Source: Octopus sinensis
Taxonomy: Eukaryota
DNA length: 64,000 bases
Reading direction: 5' to 3'
Assembly: GCF_006345805.1 (NCBI RefSeq)
Contig: NC_043017.1
Coordinates: forward strand, 28,644,001-28,708,000
Below, piece after piece: positions 1 to 13,917 of this stretch (position 1 is its first letter; each line of letters starts with the position of its first letter). Under the pieces are notes generated by a model that worked only from the letters and a program-made list of their open reading frames with translations, did not search any database and was not told the DNA's origin. Both the position numbers and the translations under genes were made by a program.

Positions 1-26
1 ATTATTATTATTATTATTATTATTAT

Positions 27-74
<48 letters not shown>

Positions 75-689
75 CATTGAGTGAAAGAGCAGTGCATGCC
101 ATATCAAAGTGACACTGGGGTAAAATATACGAAGCCCAGTATACCCATCAAGACTACCCGTCTGATAAGGCTACACCAGGCACAAGCATCACATCCATAT
201 GTGCTCTACGTTAAAATCTCTTTTAATTGTGTATCTACTTTTTGTCTAGCGTCGTTCCAAATCCTCGGCGATACACTGCATACATGAATGAAACTTTTAA
301 GGATATTACTGAATACATTGATAGGCCATTTAACAAAGCATACCAGATATTGTTAATTTCCAAATTAAATGACGTTATATGTCAAACCCCCAAAAATGAG
401 AAAACGTGGTGGCATTCATTCTCACATCAACAATCCCCTTCTTAATATGTGATCCGTACGAGTTATAACACTCGTTTTTAGTTCCTGCTTGAATGGCAAA
501 CGAAAGATAATTTTCAATTAAGCTTCAGAACAATTTTTGCTCATTCGTAGACCTCCTAAAATCGCTGGTATTGCAACCGCCTTGAAATGCCACATTTTTT
601 CAATTTCAGTGAACAAGTGTTTATATTTCCTGATCTTGTCAAATTCTTTTACCGAGATATTATGATCACATATAATAGTCACGTCTTGT

Positions 690-702
690 ATAATAAAATA
701 AT

Positions 703-773
<71 letters not shown>

Positions 774-828
774 CAACAATAGTAATAATAATAATAATAA
801 TAATGAGAATAATAATAACAACAACAAA

Positions 829-861
<33 letters not shown>

Positions 862-892
862 CATTATTATTATTATTATCATTATTATCATC

Positions 893-946
<54 letters not shown>

Positions 947-975
947 TTCATTATTATTATTGTTATTATTATTAC
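690..975. repeat. (AAT)n followed by (ATT)n microsatellite
   Basis: Direct reading; strand switch near 829. Confidence 0.95.
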
Positions 976-1555
976 TAAGAGTTGAACCAATAGTAGATTA
1001 TCAATATAGTAATATTTGAAGTAACGTAATTTATCTCGTAGGTAATTTCACAAGTTCCCAAAGCAAATATATTTAATATCTGTGAACACATTGGAGTGAA
1101 ATCACATACATTTTATGCAAATGCATGGATATATATATATATATATATAATATATATATATATACGTTCATGTATACACACAACATATGATGTGTCAGTG
1201 CATATATTTCGGCGGCAGTGAATAATTTAAAATTCCTACCGAGTACTTCCATAAGTGGTTCCCTTTCTCCACCCACCTCAAACAATAAATTGTAAAGTGC
1301 GAATAAGAATGTGAAATTTGCAGACAATCAAAAAGCAAATATTATGCAATTACCAGAAGAGGATTACTAAATAAAATATGAAATATGCTCAGATAATCGC
1401 TATCATTCTGGATATGTGACTAACATTAAATTGCAAGTGTGTCACGTACTTATGCCCACATACAGGCGCCTAGTCCCGCACACACCTTGATGTATATGTG
1501 CGTGCGCGTGCGTGGTTATGCGTGTGTTCATATATATATATATGTATATATTATT

Positions 1556-1606
<51 letters not shown>

Positions 1607-1658
1607 CATATATATACATATATATATATGTATATATACATATATATATATGTATATA

Positions 1659-1700
<42 letters not shown>

Positions 1701-1786
1701 ATATATATAAGTGTATTTGTATGTCTGTGTACGTATGCATGGGTCTCTATAGATCCACCCACAAACACTCTCCCCAAAACAAACGC

Positions 1787-1825
<39 letters not shown>

Positions 1826-3030
1826 GAATGAGAGAGAGATAGAGAGACAGAGAGATATAGAGAAAGTGAGAGAAAGAGAAAGAATGTATATTTCAATCAA
1901 TATTCTTGCTTCTCAATATTTTTGTGTGTTTGTGCGTACTTACGTATCCATGAATGTATATATATATATGTTTATTTCTCTTAATATATGTGTATTCATG
2001 CACACGCTCTCTCTCACAGACACAGATATATGCATACGTGCAAAAATATATGCATACACGGGTCGCAATATGGCTACCAATCACTTTACTGGGAAAAAGG
2101 GAAAAAAACGCGTCTATCCTATTATCTATATGGAACTATCAATTTTAACGCACATGTAAATTGAAATATAGTACGAATACAAGATCTGTTATAAATAAAT
2201 AATTATATATATCGAGCTGTACATTTATTTTCCAGCTATTTTAAACTCGTACATTTAATACCCTGTAATATAGATAACGTTCCGTAACTTACTGTTAAAT
2301 ATATATATATATATATATATATACAAATGCAAAAAAATGGTACAAGAGCGCAACAGATGACAATAAAACATCCGGACAAATAGACGATACAAAAACAGGC
2401 AGGGAAAGCAAGGACGGGTCATTCGTGGCCTTTTTTCCTCAGTCAGGTTTCAAGACTATCCTTACAGTTTCGACCGGTTATACTTGAGACAGTTCAAATC
2501 TGGTTGTCTCGAAACATTTAACCTAAGTGTATTAAATATCGAAGACAAAATATTTGTTTCATGGCAGTTGAGCCAAAAAATAAATATTGTGCTTGATTAA
2601 ACAGCGGTCACGTGGAAAGAACGGAGAGGGGTGGGGCCAGTAGTATTGAAGAATTAGGGCTAGAACGAGAGAGAAAATCAAAGGCACATGGAGAAGATAC
2701 AATGGTGATAAATGAGGAAAAGTAGGTAGATTAATGAAAAGCAAGGCCAAGAAATATGAGAGAGTGGTAGTGAGAAAAAAAAAGAGAACAGACAGAAGAA
2801 AGTATGAGGGAGCCCATAAGAAAGGAAAAAATAGTTGTACAGAATTTAGATACATACTTACAAGGTGAACAAATTTGCATGTACGCTGCTATATGTATAT
2901 ATATAAAGTTTTAAAAAATGGATCAAGAACAGGCGACAATAACACATCCGGACAAATAGAAGATAGAAAGACAACAAAAAGACGGAGAGGAAGAAACAAA
3001 GACGCGTCACATACGTATATATGTGTATAC

Positions 3031-3439
3031 ACTTTTACACTTTTACTTGTTTCAGTCATTTGACTGTGGCCATGCTGGAGCACCGCTTTTTAGTCGAGCA
3101 AATCGGACCCCAGAACTTATTCTTTGTAAGCCTAGTACTTAGTCTATCGGTCTCTTTCACCGAAACGCTAAGTTACGGGGACCTAAACACACCAACATCG
3201 GTTGTCAAGCGATGTTGGGGGGACAAACACAGACACACAAACACACACACACATCACATATATATCTACATATATACGACGGGTTTCTTTCAGTTTCCGC
3301 CTACCAAATTCACTCACAATGATTTGGTCGGCCCGAGGCTATAGTAGAAACACTTGCCCAAGGTGCCACGCAGTGGGACTGAACCCGGAACCGTGTGGTT
3401 GGTAAGCAAGCTACTTACCGCACAGCCACTGCTGAGCCT
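3031..3439 (-). mobile_element. SINE family A (tRNA-derived head, internal (TA)(TG) microsatellite, (AAAAGAGT)n tail)
   Basis: Head GGCGCAGGAGTGGCTGTGTGGTAAG (A-box) ... GGTTCAGTCCC (B-box); shared with about 10 other copies in the window. Confidence 0.9.
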
Positions 3440-3907
3440 TTAATGTGAATTTCTATATTTGTCGCCCTATTCCGTTTGATATCTGATTTGACACACGCAC
3501 ACACATGCAACGTGGTTGTAATAGTTTCCGAGTACCAAATCCATTGACAAGGCTTTGGTTGGCCCAAGACTAAACTGAATACTTTATTCACTGACTTCTT
3601 CCTACCACTTAACGCGTACACTTTAGTCAATTAGCTATCGTGTGCTCAGTCAAAACTTTTACAATTTTTTCAACGTCAGATGTTAAGCAAGTGAAAGATA
3701 AAATGTTTTTATATTTGTTTTCAAATAACTGTATCAAGACTTATTAAAACTTTACCGACCTGCTGAAGCAATATACTATATGTAATGCCTTTCCTTTTCT
3801 TCCATAGATGAATAACCCCTGGCCGGGATGCATTGTTAGTATGTATGTATGTATGTATGTATGAAGGCATGCATGCATGCATGTATGTATGTATGTATGC
3901 ATGTATG

Positions 3908-3939
<32 letters not shown>

Positions 3940-3970
3940 AATGTATGTGTGTATGTATATATGTATGTAT

Positions 3971-4185
3971 ATAAAGTTAATCCGAACAAGAAAGCACAAA
4001 AAAACACAATAACGCGAGGACGTGGAACAGATATAGTATTATTGGACGCTCAGGAAAGAAGGAAAGAAGGAGGGTTTAACGTTTCGAGCGGAGCTCTTCG
4101 TCAGAAACATAGGAGAGGGAAAGATCCAGAGAAGGGAAGACAGAGGGAAAAAAAATCACCAACGGTACACACGCGGTCACATTTT
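3971..4185 (-). mobile_element. ~210 bp dispersed repeat carrying a hammerhead-like motif (putative PLE pseudo-LTR family), copy 1
   Basis: Homologous to 10394-10530, 16810-17010, 41425-41629 and 63652-63869. Confidence 0.75.
4074..4108 (-). ncRNA. Minimal type I hammerhead-like motif with canonical CUGACGA core
   Basis: Minus strand reads GUUU-CUGACGA-A-GAGC(UCC)GCUC-GAA-ACGU-U/AAAC. Stem I is only 4 bp. Confidence 0.55.
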
Positions 4186-6061
4186 ATGTATGTATATATG
4201 TATGTATGTATGTATGTAGGTATGTATGCATGTATGCATGTATGTATGTATGTATACATGTATGTATATATGCATGTATGTATGTATACATGTATGTATG
4301 TATGTATCTATGTATGTATGTATGTATGTATGTATGTATGCATGTATGTATGTATATATTCAATACGTATACTAGCAATGATTTCCGACGTACCCGGTGT
4401 TATGACCTACCTGTCTCTCTCTCTCTTTCTATATATATATATATATATGTATGTATGGATGCAAATATGTGTATGTTTGTGCGTGTATGTGTGTGTACGT
4501 GTGTATGTTTTTGTGTGCGTGCCTGTATGCATTCTTGAGCAACGAACCGTAGAAACAGAAGCCAATGCATACTGACTGTTCCGTAGTATATTTAAGCGCG
4601 TTCCAGTGATCGCTTCTTCTGAACTGATTTAAATATATATGCAGAAACGATATAGTGAGAACCTCTGCAACAGAGCGTTTCTCATCGATCAACACAAGAG
4701 GACTGAAGTCTCACACACGTTCCTTCATGTATATACATCATGTGTAATATATAGTATTAAGCCTATTACGCCCACTTATTATTGTTTTTTATTATTCGAA
4801 GTTTTTTCTCATAACCACGCGGTTCTTGCCTTTGACTTTCTACTCCCATTTAATTCTAACAATGTTATCAAGCAAATTTATGGACAAGTTACTACAAATT
4901 AGAGTAAGCTTCAACTAAGCCAGTTTTGCAAATTTTAAGATTAAGTTAATAAATCATCAGCCGAATTTCAAAATAATTGTTTGTTGTAAATGCAATATAT
5001 AATTATGTAACTACTTAAATATTTAAACCACGGGAATTATATCTGTTTTGCGTTCCATAAAACTTCACTAATACTACCCGTCAACTAGAATAATCTCGCG
5101 CACTACAAAATATTACGTCCTGCATATCTTGGACAGGCAAATCTATTTGTAACCTTACGATTGGTCAATAGTGCAAGAAAATATGCTACTAAATCGATTC
5201 GCTCATAAAAACTTTTGGTTCTGTAAAAGGAAAAAAAAGACAAGCATTAATGGAAGACATAGTCTAAATCGATGATTACAGCATTTATCTTAATGGAACA
5301 GTTAACACAAAATATGTGTAATGTGGCTTGAATTTGAATGATACAGTAGCAACTGCATATCATTCAAGTGCGTACAGAGGGCCTCTTTGATCTTCGCCTT
5401 TTTTTTTCATTGCCAATGCCGTCAAAGAAAAAATATCAATAAGGATTTTACAGAAAAAAAAAAGTATTAATGCACAATCTTCTAAGAGAGAAACAACTGC
5501 TTGTGTCTGCTCATGAAAAAGGCCGAACACTGCACATCTGCAATCCCATTAAAAAATTTCCTGTGACAATACTTTGGAGATGATCAAGCTATTAGGAAAG
5601 ACATTTCAAACGTACAAAGTCAGCTGGGTCACTCTGACATAGAAGTCTTGTGACTAATGGAATACTGTTAGATCCACAGCTTGCTTTAAGTGAAGCATGC
5701 ACAAATTATATTGAAATTGAAATTCGAAATGCCTGGTTTTATTCACGATGTTGCTTCCTGTTTTAGTTGGTCCCACGACAATCCTAGTATATTTCTATGT
5801 AAAATATTTTCCACTCACGATCATTTGTTTTTTACATTTATCTTGGATTATATTTCCAATGTACACGAGCAGGTCTTAAAATCAGTACCACAAGAACATG
5901 AGTTAGATCGGTAGCCACTACACACATTTTTTCCCTCTCCTTGTTTCTCTCCTTAAATTTTTCTGTGTTCCTTTCTGTGAGTTTTTTCAATTGCCGTTAT
6001 ACAGAGACATCTGTTTGCTGTCTTCACCACCTGTCTTCGTCTATTTTTCGTGAATTCTCCC

Positions 6062-6113
<52 letters not shown>

Positions 6114-6215
6114 CCCTATATATACGCGTGCACGCACACACATGCACATACACACTCAACGACACATACTCACACACACAAGATATACATAATGTAATGA
6201 ACTATAATAAGCATG

Positions 6216-6246
<31 letters not shown>

Positions 6247-6441
6247 ATATATAATATGATATAACATATATATCTGTGAATGTGTGTGTGTTTGTGTGCG
6301 TGCGTGTATATATATATATATATATATATATAAGGTCTTAAATACACGCGCGCACGCATACGCACACACGTGCACATACACACTCAAAGACTCACACTCA
6401 CACGCAAAAGATATACATAATGTAATGCACTATAATAAGCA

Positions 6442-6488
<47 letters not shown>

Positions 6489-7381
6489 GTTATATATAAT
6501 ATTATATGACATATATATATGTGCATTTGTGTGTGCCTGTTTGTTTCTTTTAGTTGTCAGTGGTGGTCCATTATACTATGTGAGTAATTTACATATCGAG
6601 AAATTATTATGAGCTAAGTCGACGAGACCAAAAATGCTTAGCAAGCATCGTATTAATATTCAGAAGTCTTCACCTGATCTTGAATTGTGACAGTGTTTTA
6701 GGAATACTGGTTTTAATTTATAACAGCAATAACCAAAATGGATTTCCCATGCACGATTCAGAATACTGTCCGGCAGCGTCTCAGATAAGTAGGCAACCAT
6801 GACTTCCGAATGACTGAAAACTGGATTCAAATTTCGAAAGAATAAAGATGGCTATTGAAAAGCATAGGTACGTAGGTCAGCAATCATCTGTCACAGATTA
6901 GTTAAAGATGTGCCGAAAGAAAGGAAATGTACATGCGTAATGCAAATTTTATTATATTGATCTGAATAGATTCCAACTAGGAAACTGCATTTTATCAATT
7001 CACAAAAGTGTCTCAATACTTATTTGCTATCGCCCCACATGGTAATAGCTTTTGCTGGCCGAAAATGTTGGCATTCGTCATTTTTTTCGATAGTAATATG
7101 AGGAAATACGAACATCAACGTGATTTGAAAATAAAATGCCGAATTGAACACTGCGAAACAGTATCCTACGTAAAGTACTGTGTATGTAATCTCAAATTTT
7201 ATAATAACCTCATAATATTCAAATATTTTCTTAAACACTTCGTAGAAGACTACAATGTGCAAAACCAAATATATGACATCCTAGACGTAACACCAAAATA
7301 ATCTTCTAACTTGTTTTTTCTTGAGGTCACTGGGTGAGACTTGGAGCCAACTTGTACAAATACAAGGCAAAATTCAAACAT

Positions 7382-7432
<51 letters not shown>

Positions 7433-7457
7433 TAATAATAATAATAATAACAATAAT

Positions 7458-7935
7458 ATGGCATAAAAGATGGGCTACAGCAAGTATTCTTCTCAATGCC
7501 ACAGATTTTCTTGTCAGTTGTTGGACCTTAACCAGTTGACCATGTCCCTTAATGGCTGACGAAATGTTCATCACTGACCACGAGCAGAAGTAGTTGGAGA
7601 GCCTCATAGCCGTGTGTTGAAAGGAATTCTATGAGGTTTGGATAATTCACCTCTGGAAACTTGGGTGGTTCGTTCAACATCCTTAAACAATCTTTATTCA
7701 GGGACCTTTTGAGCGGGATGGGCTACTCGACCAGAAGAAAATTTTAACTGGGCCCCACCTGCAAGGTCATGTGCTGTTTTTCTTGATATGAGATTACCAT
7801 GTTGCGCACATACGGTTGTGATGCATGTGTCTGGCGTACCCTTATCAGACGGGTAGTCATGATGGGTGGGTATACTGGGCTTCGTATATTTTACCCCAGT
7901 GTCACTTTGATGGCATACACTGCTCTCTCACTCAA
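7458..7935 (+). mobile_element. Retroposon 3' segment with (AAT)n tail; second, inverted copy at 75-212
   Basis: ...CCCCAGTGTCACTTTGATGGCATACACTGCTCTCTCACTCAAT(AAT)n; reverse complement found at 75-212, next to (ATT/AGT)n at 1-73. Confidence 0.65.
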
Positions 7936-8105
7936 TAATAATAATAGTAATAATAATAATAATAATAATAATGATAATAATAATAATAATAATAATAATA
8001 TAATAATAATGATAATAATAATTATAATAATAATAATTATAATAATAATGATAATAATAATAATGATAATAATGATAATAATAATAATAATGATAATAAT
8101 AATTC

Positions 8106-8141
<36 letters not shown>

Positions 8142-8238
8142 TAATAATGATAATAATGATAATAATAATAATGATAATAATAATAATAATAATAATGATG
8201 ATAATAATAATAATGATAATAATGTTAATAATAATAAT
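7935..8238 (+). repeat. (AAT/GAT)n microsatellite
   Basis: Direct reading. Confidence 0.95.
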
Positions 8239-8946
8239 ATCAAATTTCACCATTTGAGTTTCCTGAAACGAGGATTAAAGAATAAGTGAAGAAATATTTT
8301 TATATCTCTGTGGTACTTTGATTTGCAATTGTGAATTTTCTGCATTATAATCCTAGTCACAGTATGTGGAATTACCTTGATGGATAGCACGACGCCTATG
8401 AGTGATATATGGTAATTACAATATGTCTAGTTCAGGCGTTATTACACGTTCTTGTAAAATGTAAAATCACAATAATGGCAAATTTCCTGTCAACTTCACA
8501 CAACCACCCAAGTTACACATTAAAACATTATGTTCTGTTGTCTTAATGTAACATCATTAATACTTCAGCTATGAAATTTCCACTTAACATACTCTTTATG
8601 TTTTCCTAGCCATTTTCCCCAAAGGATTTGGTTGAGCAGATTTCAACGAAAATACCCTGCCATGATGCAAAAATTTCGTAAAAGTACACTACACAAACAA
8701 TAAATATAAATTATTCGTTCAAACCTCCGTTCAACCAATAATATTCCTCAAGACGCAGAAATACTTTTCACCGTTTAACAAGGCTACATCTCTCTCCCCT
8801 CTCTCTCTTAGAAATAAAAAGAAGATTTTAAAATGTTGTTTTTAAAGATATATCCTTATACAACACAAATTATTACATTTTTAACAGAATTTTGCAAACC
8901 TAGCAGTTGCTTCTATCAGATGAATCTCACTATTACATAGATGTAC

Positions 8947-9044
<98 letters not shown>

Positions 9045-9093
9045 GTGTGTGTGTGTGGGGGGTGGGTGTGGGTGTGTGTGTGTGTTTGTATTG

Positions 9094-9216
9094 GTTTCAA
9101 ATTTTGGCACAAGTCCAGTAATTTTAGAGCGGTAAATCGATTCCATCGAACCCCAGTGCTCAACCGGTTTTTATTTTATCGACCCAGTCAGATGAATGTC
9201 AAAGTCGACATCGGCG
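9094..9216 (-). mobile_element. SINE family B fragment
   Basis: Core and tail similarity. Confidence 0.6.
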
Positions 9217-10393
9217 TGACCTCGACCGAGATCGTAGTACGGGCGAAATACCGTCGAGCATTTTGCATGATCGTAGGTATGTTGGACATTGATACTGTTC
9301 TAGTGCAAAAGCAGCGTAGATTCTCAGTCATGCAAACAACTAGTAGAACTTCCTTCCAAATTACGGGCATACCAATAGTGTTGCATGTTACGCCCTCAAC
9401 TTGGTAACATCAAAATTGTTGAATATATTTGTAGCCGTAGAGATAAGAATGTAAAACTTATGAACACGTGGATTTGTATTAATTTTTGCGAAGATGATTT
9501 TGCAATGATTTCGTGTCAAAATTCCCTTCTTGATTTATATGAAATATAATGTGTTGTAAACACATAAACATTAAACTCAATTCAGAAGAGAATTAGCTGT
9601 GTGAAGATAAACACTTTAAACGAATCAAATATTTGAAGTTGTTTATGTTTCCGTAACTTCCAAGAAAATCAACGAAGTTTACTTCAAATCCCATGCTGTT
9701 TACAATATTTATGCTGTTTTGTCGAATATTTCACTAACGAAATTTTTAACAATATAAAATTTAACAAATTATATAAAATCCGGTGGCAAAATTCACCCAT
9801 TTCTCTCAAATGCAGTTCTCAAAATATGAAGGACACCATATAGTGTTACATATAGTGCTTCAAAATCCTGAATTGTCATGTCATTAGCAATTGGAAAAAC
9901 GCATTAAATAATCTATTACAGATTTATATTTAAGTATTTTCATACACTTATAACAACAATAAAATGCAAATTGAATATTTACCTTTTTCAAAACGACATC
10001 TATAAAATTCGTATTGTCATTATAAAGGTTATAATTAATATGATTATTATATTGGTTATAATTAACTCTAAATAACATATACAACATATGAATTAACGTC
10101 AGTTTTGTGAAAAGTAATTTGTCATTTGGCAATTAGTGTTAATACATTCAAAGTCAATATCATTATTTTATTATATTCTGCACATTATTGCTTCGGGGAG
10201 GAATGACAATTTGCGTAAAAATGCTATAGAATCTGAAACAGTTTTACGCAAATATCTTGATGTATTTCAACAGAATTAATATAACATTAATCACTAGAGA
10301 TATATGTGATGTTTGTTAAATTGTAAATGTATGGATCTGTGTGTGTATATATATATACCTGAAATTGATGTATGTATTTATGTATGTGTGTGT

Positions 10394-10530
10394 GTTAGTA
10401 AATCCCAAAAGAACAAACACAAAATATACAACCACGCGAGGACGTTGTATATAAAATGTTTTAGCAGACGCTAAGGGAAGGAAAGAAAGATGGTATAACG
10501 TTTCGAGGAGATGCTCTTCTTCGGAAGTGT
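10394..10530 (-). mobile_element. Diverged partial copy of the ~210 bp hammerhead-like repeat
   Basis: Shares CGCGAGGACGT...GACGCT...GGAAAGAA...AACGTTTCGAG...GCTCTTC layout; core reads CCGAAGA on the minus strand. Confidence 0.6.
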
Positions 10531-10823
10531 CTATCTTATCTAACCCGTCCAATAGAACTCACCTATTGATATCTGAAAAGTTCGATGAAATAACTCATGA
10601 ACACTGCGATAGCTTCGACCAAAAGATGCTCCATAACATCAACCGGTCTGAACCAGGGGAGATAATAAACGAATGATTATTTTTCTATTATCTCCCCTTG
10701 TTCAGATCGGTCGATGTAATGGAGCATCTTTTGGTCGAAGCTGTTGCAGTGTTCGTGAATTATTTCATCAGACTTTTCAGATATCAATTGGTGGGCTCTA
10801 CTGGACGACTTAGATAAGATAGT
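10531..10823. repeat. Long imperfect palindrome (foldback), arms ~137 bp, loop ~18 bp
   Basis: 10531-10667 is the reverse complement of 10686-10823 with scattered mismatches. Confidence 0.9.
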
Positions 10824-10983
10824 CATGTAATCCCTTACGGCCGATGTAGTTTAACTCTCTTTTAGTTCAAGGCTTGAGCACCAATTGAAAAATTCAAATT
10901 TGATTGCAAAGAATTCAAATTTGATGGCAAAGTATCTAAACTACATAGAAAACATCTATCTATCTATCTATCTATCTATATGC

Positions 10984-11017
<34 letters not shown>

Positions 11018-11032
11018 GCATATATTTATATA

Positions 11033-11072
<40 letters not shown>

Positions 11073-11889
11073 GGTATATATATATGTATATATATGTGTA
11101 TATATATATGTATATATATATGTGTGTGTGTATATATATATGCATATTCAAAATTGATGGCAAAGAATCCAAATTAGATCGAAAACATCTATATATACTT
11201 TTATATATATGAGTGTGTGTGTAGACATATGTACATATATATGTATGTATTTATGTATGTAAAAAGGAAACCATAGACTTCACGGAATTTCCAGTAATAT
11301 AATGTAAGTCCTCGTTAACATATAAAATGATACTGGTGTGTACCAGAAACACAACTTCAGATTTCCCTTTAAACTACTTCTGCTTCTTACAAATTCCAAC
11401 GTTGACTGAATATATTTGTGTGTGTGAAGAGACTTTTGTATGAATACACACGCGCTAGATCACATGCCACGCACGTGAATATCCTCGTAGTGACTGACGC
11501 CCTATGAAGATGGTCTATTTATTTTCGATGTCCAGTTGCCAAATTAGTACCCTGCATCACCACCCAGGTTCCATTATTTGTCCTACTATGCTGATCGACT
11601 TAAATTTAATCTTTATGAAGATGGTAATGTCTGTGTAAGCTTATCGAAGTCAGTAAATTCTTTGTTATATTTAAAATGATTAAAAGAAACACAGAGCATA
11701 AATTATAAGATATAAAAGCATTTAATTTGAAGCAGACTTTCTGAGTGAAATCTGAAAAAGTTGGATGTACAGTAAATGAATGTATATTAAATGGATTTAT
11801 GTTCGATGGAGGTATATAAGAAAATTGTATATGAGCAAGGGTAACGAAATATGGACTCAGGAGTCCAATATGCTTCAAGTATTTGTTTC

Positions 11890-12336
11890 AATTCAAGGTC
11901 TTTTTTAGTGGTTGAACCTTACTACAATGACGCCTGGTTGTGAGAAACAGCGTGGGACTCGACAGGGAGTAGAGAACAGTCGGATGTATAACGCAATGGC
12001 TATAGTGAAGACTTTTACGGATTCCATGGACAGCGAGGCTCACCAGTGGAGAAGTTCTTAAGCAGATCAGGCCGAAAATGTCGCTAGGAGCTAGGATCAC
12101 CAAGCATAGATTGGCATATTTCGGTCATATTATGCGGAGAAAATCCCTGGAGAAGGACATCATGCTCGGAATGGTCAGTGGCAAGAGAGGAATAGGCCGA
12201 CCAAGAACCCGCTGGCTTGACACCATCAAGAGTGATAACGGAATGGACATAGCCAGTCTGAAGGAAGCGGCCCAGGATAGAACTGCCTGGAGGACACTGA
12301 TCCAATGAGTGACCAAGAGTCGACTTCGACTGAATG

Positions 12337-12338
<2 letters not shown>
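11890..12338 (+). mobile_element. RTE-clade (BovB-like) LINE 3' end
   Basis: RLLRIPWTAR..EVLKQIRPKMSLGARITKHRLAYFGHIMRRKSLEKDIMLGMVSGKRGIGRPRTRWLD...DRTAWR, followed by a (GATA)n tail. Confidence 0.85.
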
Positions 12339-12406
<68 letters not shown>

Positions 12407-12647
12407 CACATAGATAGATAGCGAAAGATGTGCCATCAATGAGCAATATGGTTAGCAACCCACCAGTGGCGCTCGTACGCGCATATATGGAAAAAAAAAT
12501 GCTGAAAATAATTCGGATGTCTTGTTTATTCTTTTTGTGTACATGCAATCTTTACATATATTTTGATAAATAACAATATTATTGACAAACACAAATTTGA
12601 ATGTTATGTTTTCAGAGTTGTTTACTCTGAGTATTGATCATGTCTTT

Positions 12648-13050
12648 CTCTTTTACTTTTTTACTTGTTTCAGTCATTTGACTGCGGCCATGCTGGAGCA
12701 CCACCTTTAATCGAGCAACTCGACACCAGGACTTATTCTTTTGTAAGCCCAGTACTTATTCTATCGGTCTCTTTTGCCGAACCGCTAAGTAACGGGGACA
12801 TAAACACACCAGCATCGGTTGTCAAGCAATGCTAGGGGGACAAACACAGACACACAAGCACACACACGTATATATATACATATATACGACGGGCTTCTTT
12901 CAGTTTCCGTCTACCAAATCCATTCACAAGGCTTTGGTCGGCCCGAGGCTATAGTAGAAGACACTTGCCCAAGGTGCCACGCAGTGGGAATGAACCCGGA
13001 ACCATGTGGTTGGTTAGCAAGCTACTTACCACACAGCCACTCCTGCGCCT
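12648..13050 (-). mobile_element. SINE family A
   Basis: Full-length copy. Confidence 0.9.
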
Positions 13051-13917
13051 ATGTGTGTACATGTCATGTTGATTCTAAGGAGAAATCGCAATATTTTGAT
13101 GTAATAATCTTTCCTAATGAAATGCATAAAAAAGAAAAGAGAGGTCAAATTAGATAAACTGTCGGAACGTAAATTATATGGAATATGAATTGAAATATAG
13201 ATTATTACTAAATGGGTTTCAACAGAAAGTTGAGAGAAAAATCCAAACTCGTATATTTGAAAATGTTTGTTACGTATGCACACATGTAATCGGTTCACTT
13301 AGAATAGTTTGAAAAACAATTAGAGCTAACTGCAGTTATATACCTTAATGAAACTCACTAAATTGATGATTTAAAAGGAAATTGCATGTAGCAAGTTTAA
13401 TAAGTAAACAAATATAATTAGTGGTAGAAGGAGATTGACACTGCGTTTAAGCAATTACGTGAATATAATAGAGGTTAAAATTCTGTTTAATCAATTACTT
13501 TTGTGCAGATTCTATTAGAGAAAACTATTAAAACTTTCAGTGCTATATTATTATGAAGAGTTGTTGCTTTTTGTAGGAATATACCGTTGCTGCAGAAAAT
13601 AATGTGCTGTTTAAATTGCCTTTTTTTAAGAATTTTTATGTATGCAAATGGAGAGATAATGGAATATAGATATAAGAAGAAAAAAAACGTAATAACTCAC
13701 AAGACAATCGTGTGTATGTTTGTACATTATTTTTTTTACTTAGAAATATGTGTTGAAATAATTTAATGTTTGAGATAGTATTATTAGATGTCGAGGTCGA
13801 ATTTTTGTATCCATGATGCAGTGAGACGCTCGATGTAACTTCTGAGGATTGTGTTGTACATGTTTTGACATAATTTGAATTAATAAGATACGTTTATGCA
13901 AAAAAAAAAAAGAGAAT

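Noticed and set aside
2331-3010. ~70-bp direct repeats (2331-2400, 2914-2980) flanking a purine-rich stretch, pLTR-like layout
   Set aside because: No complete hammerhead (CTGAGGA lacks stem II/GAAA) and no recognisable RT; left as an unclassified repeat.
6108-6535. Diverged ~220-bp tandem duplication
   Set aside because: Embedded in (TA)/(CA) microsatellite; ordinary slippage or duplication.
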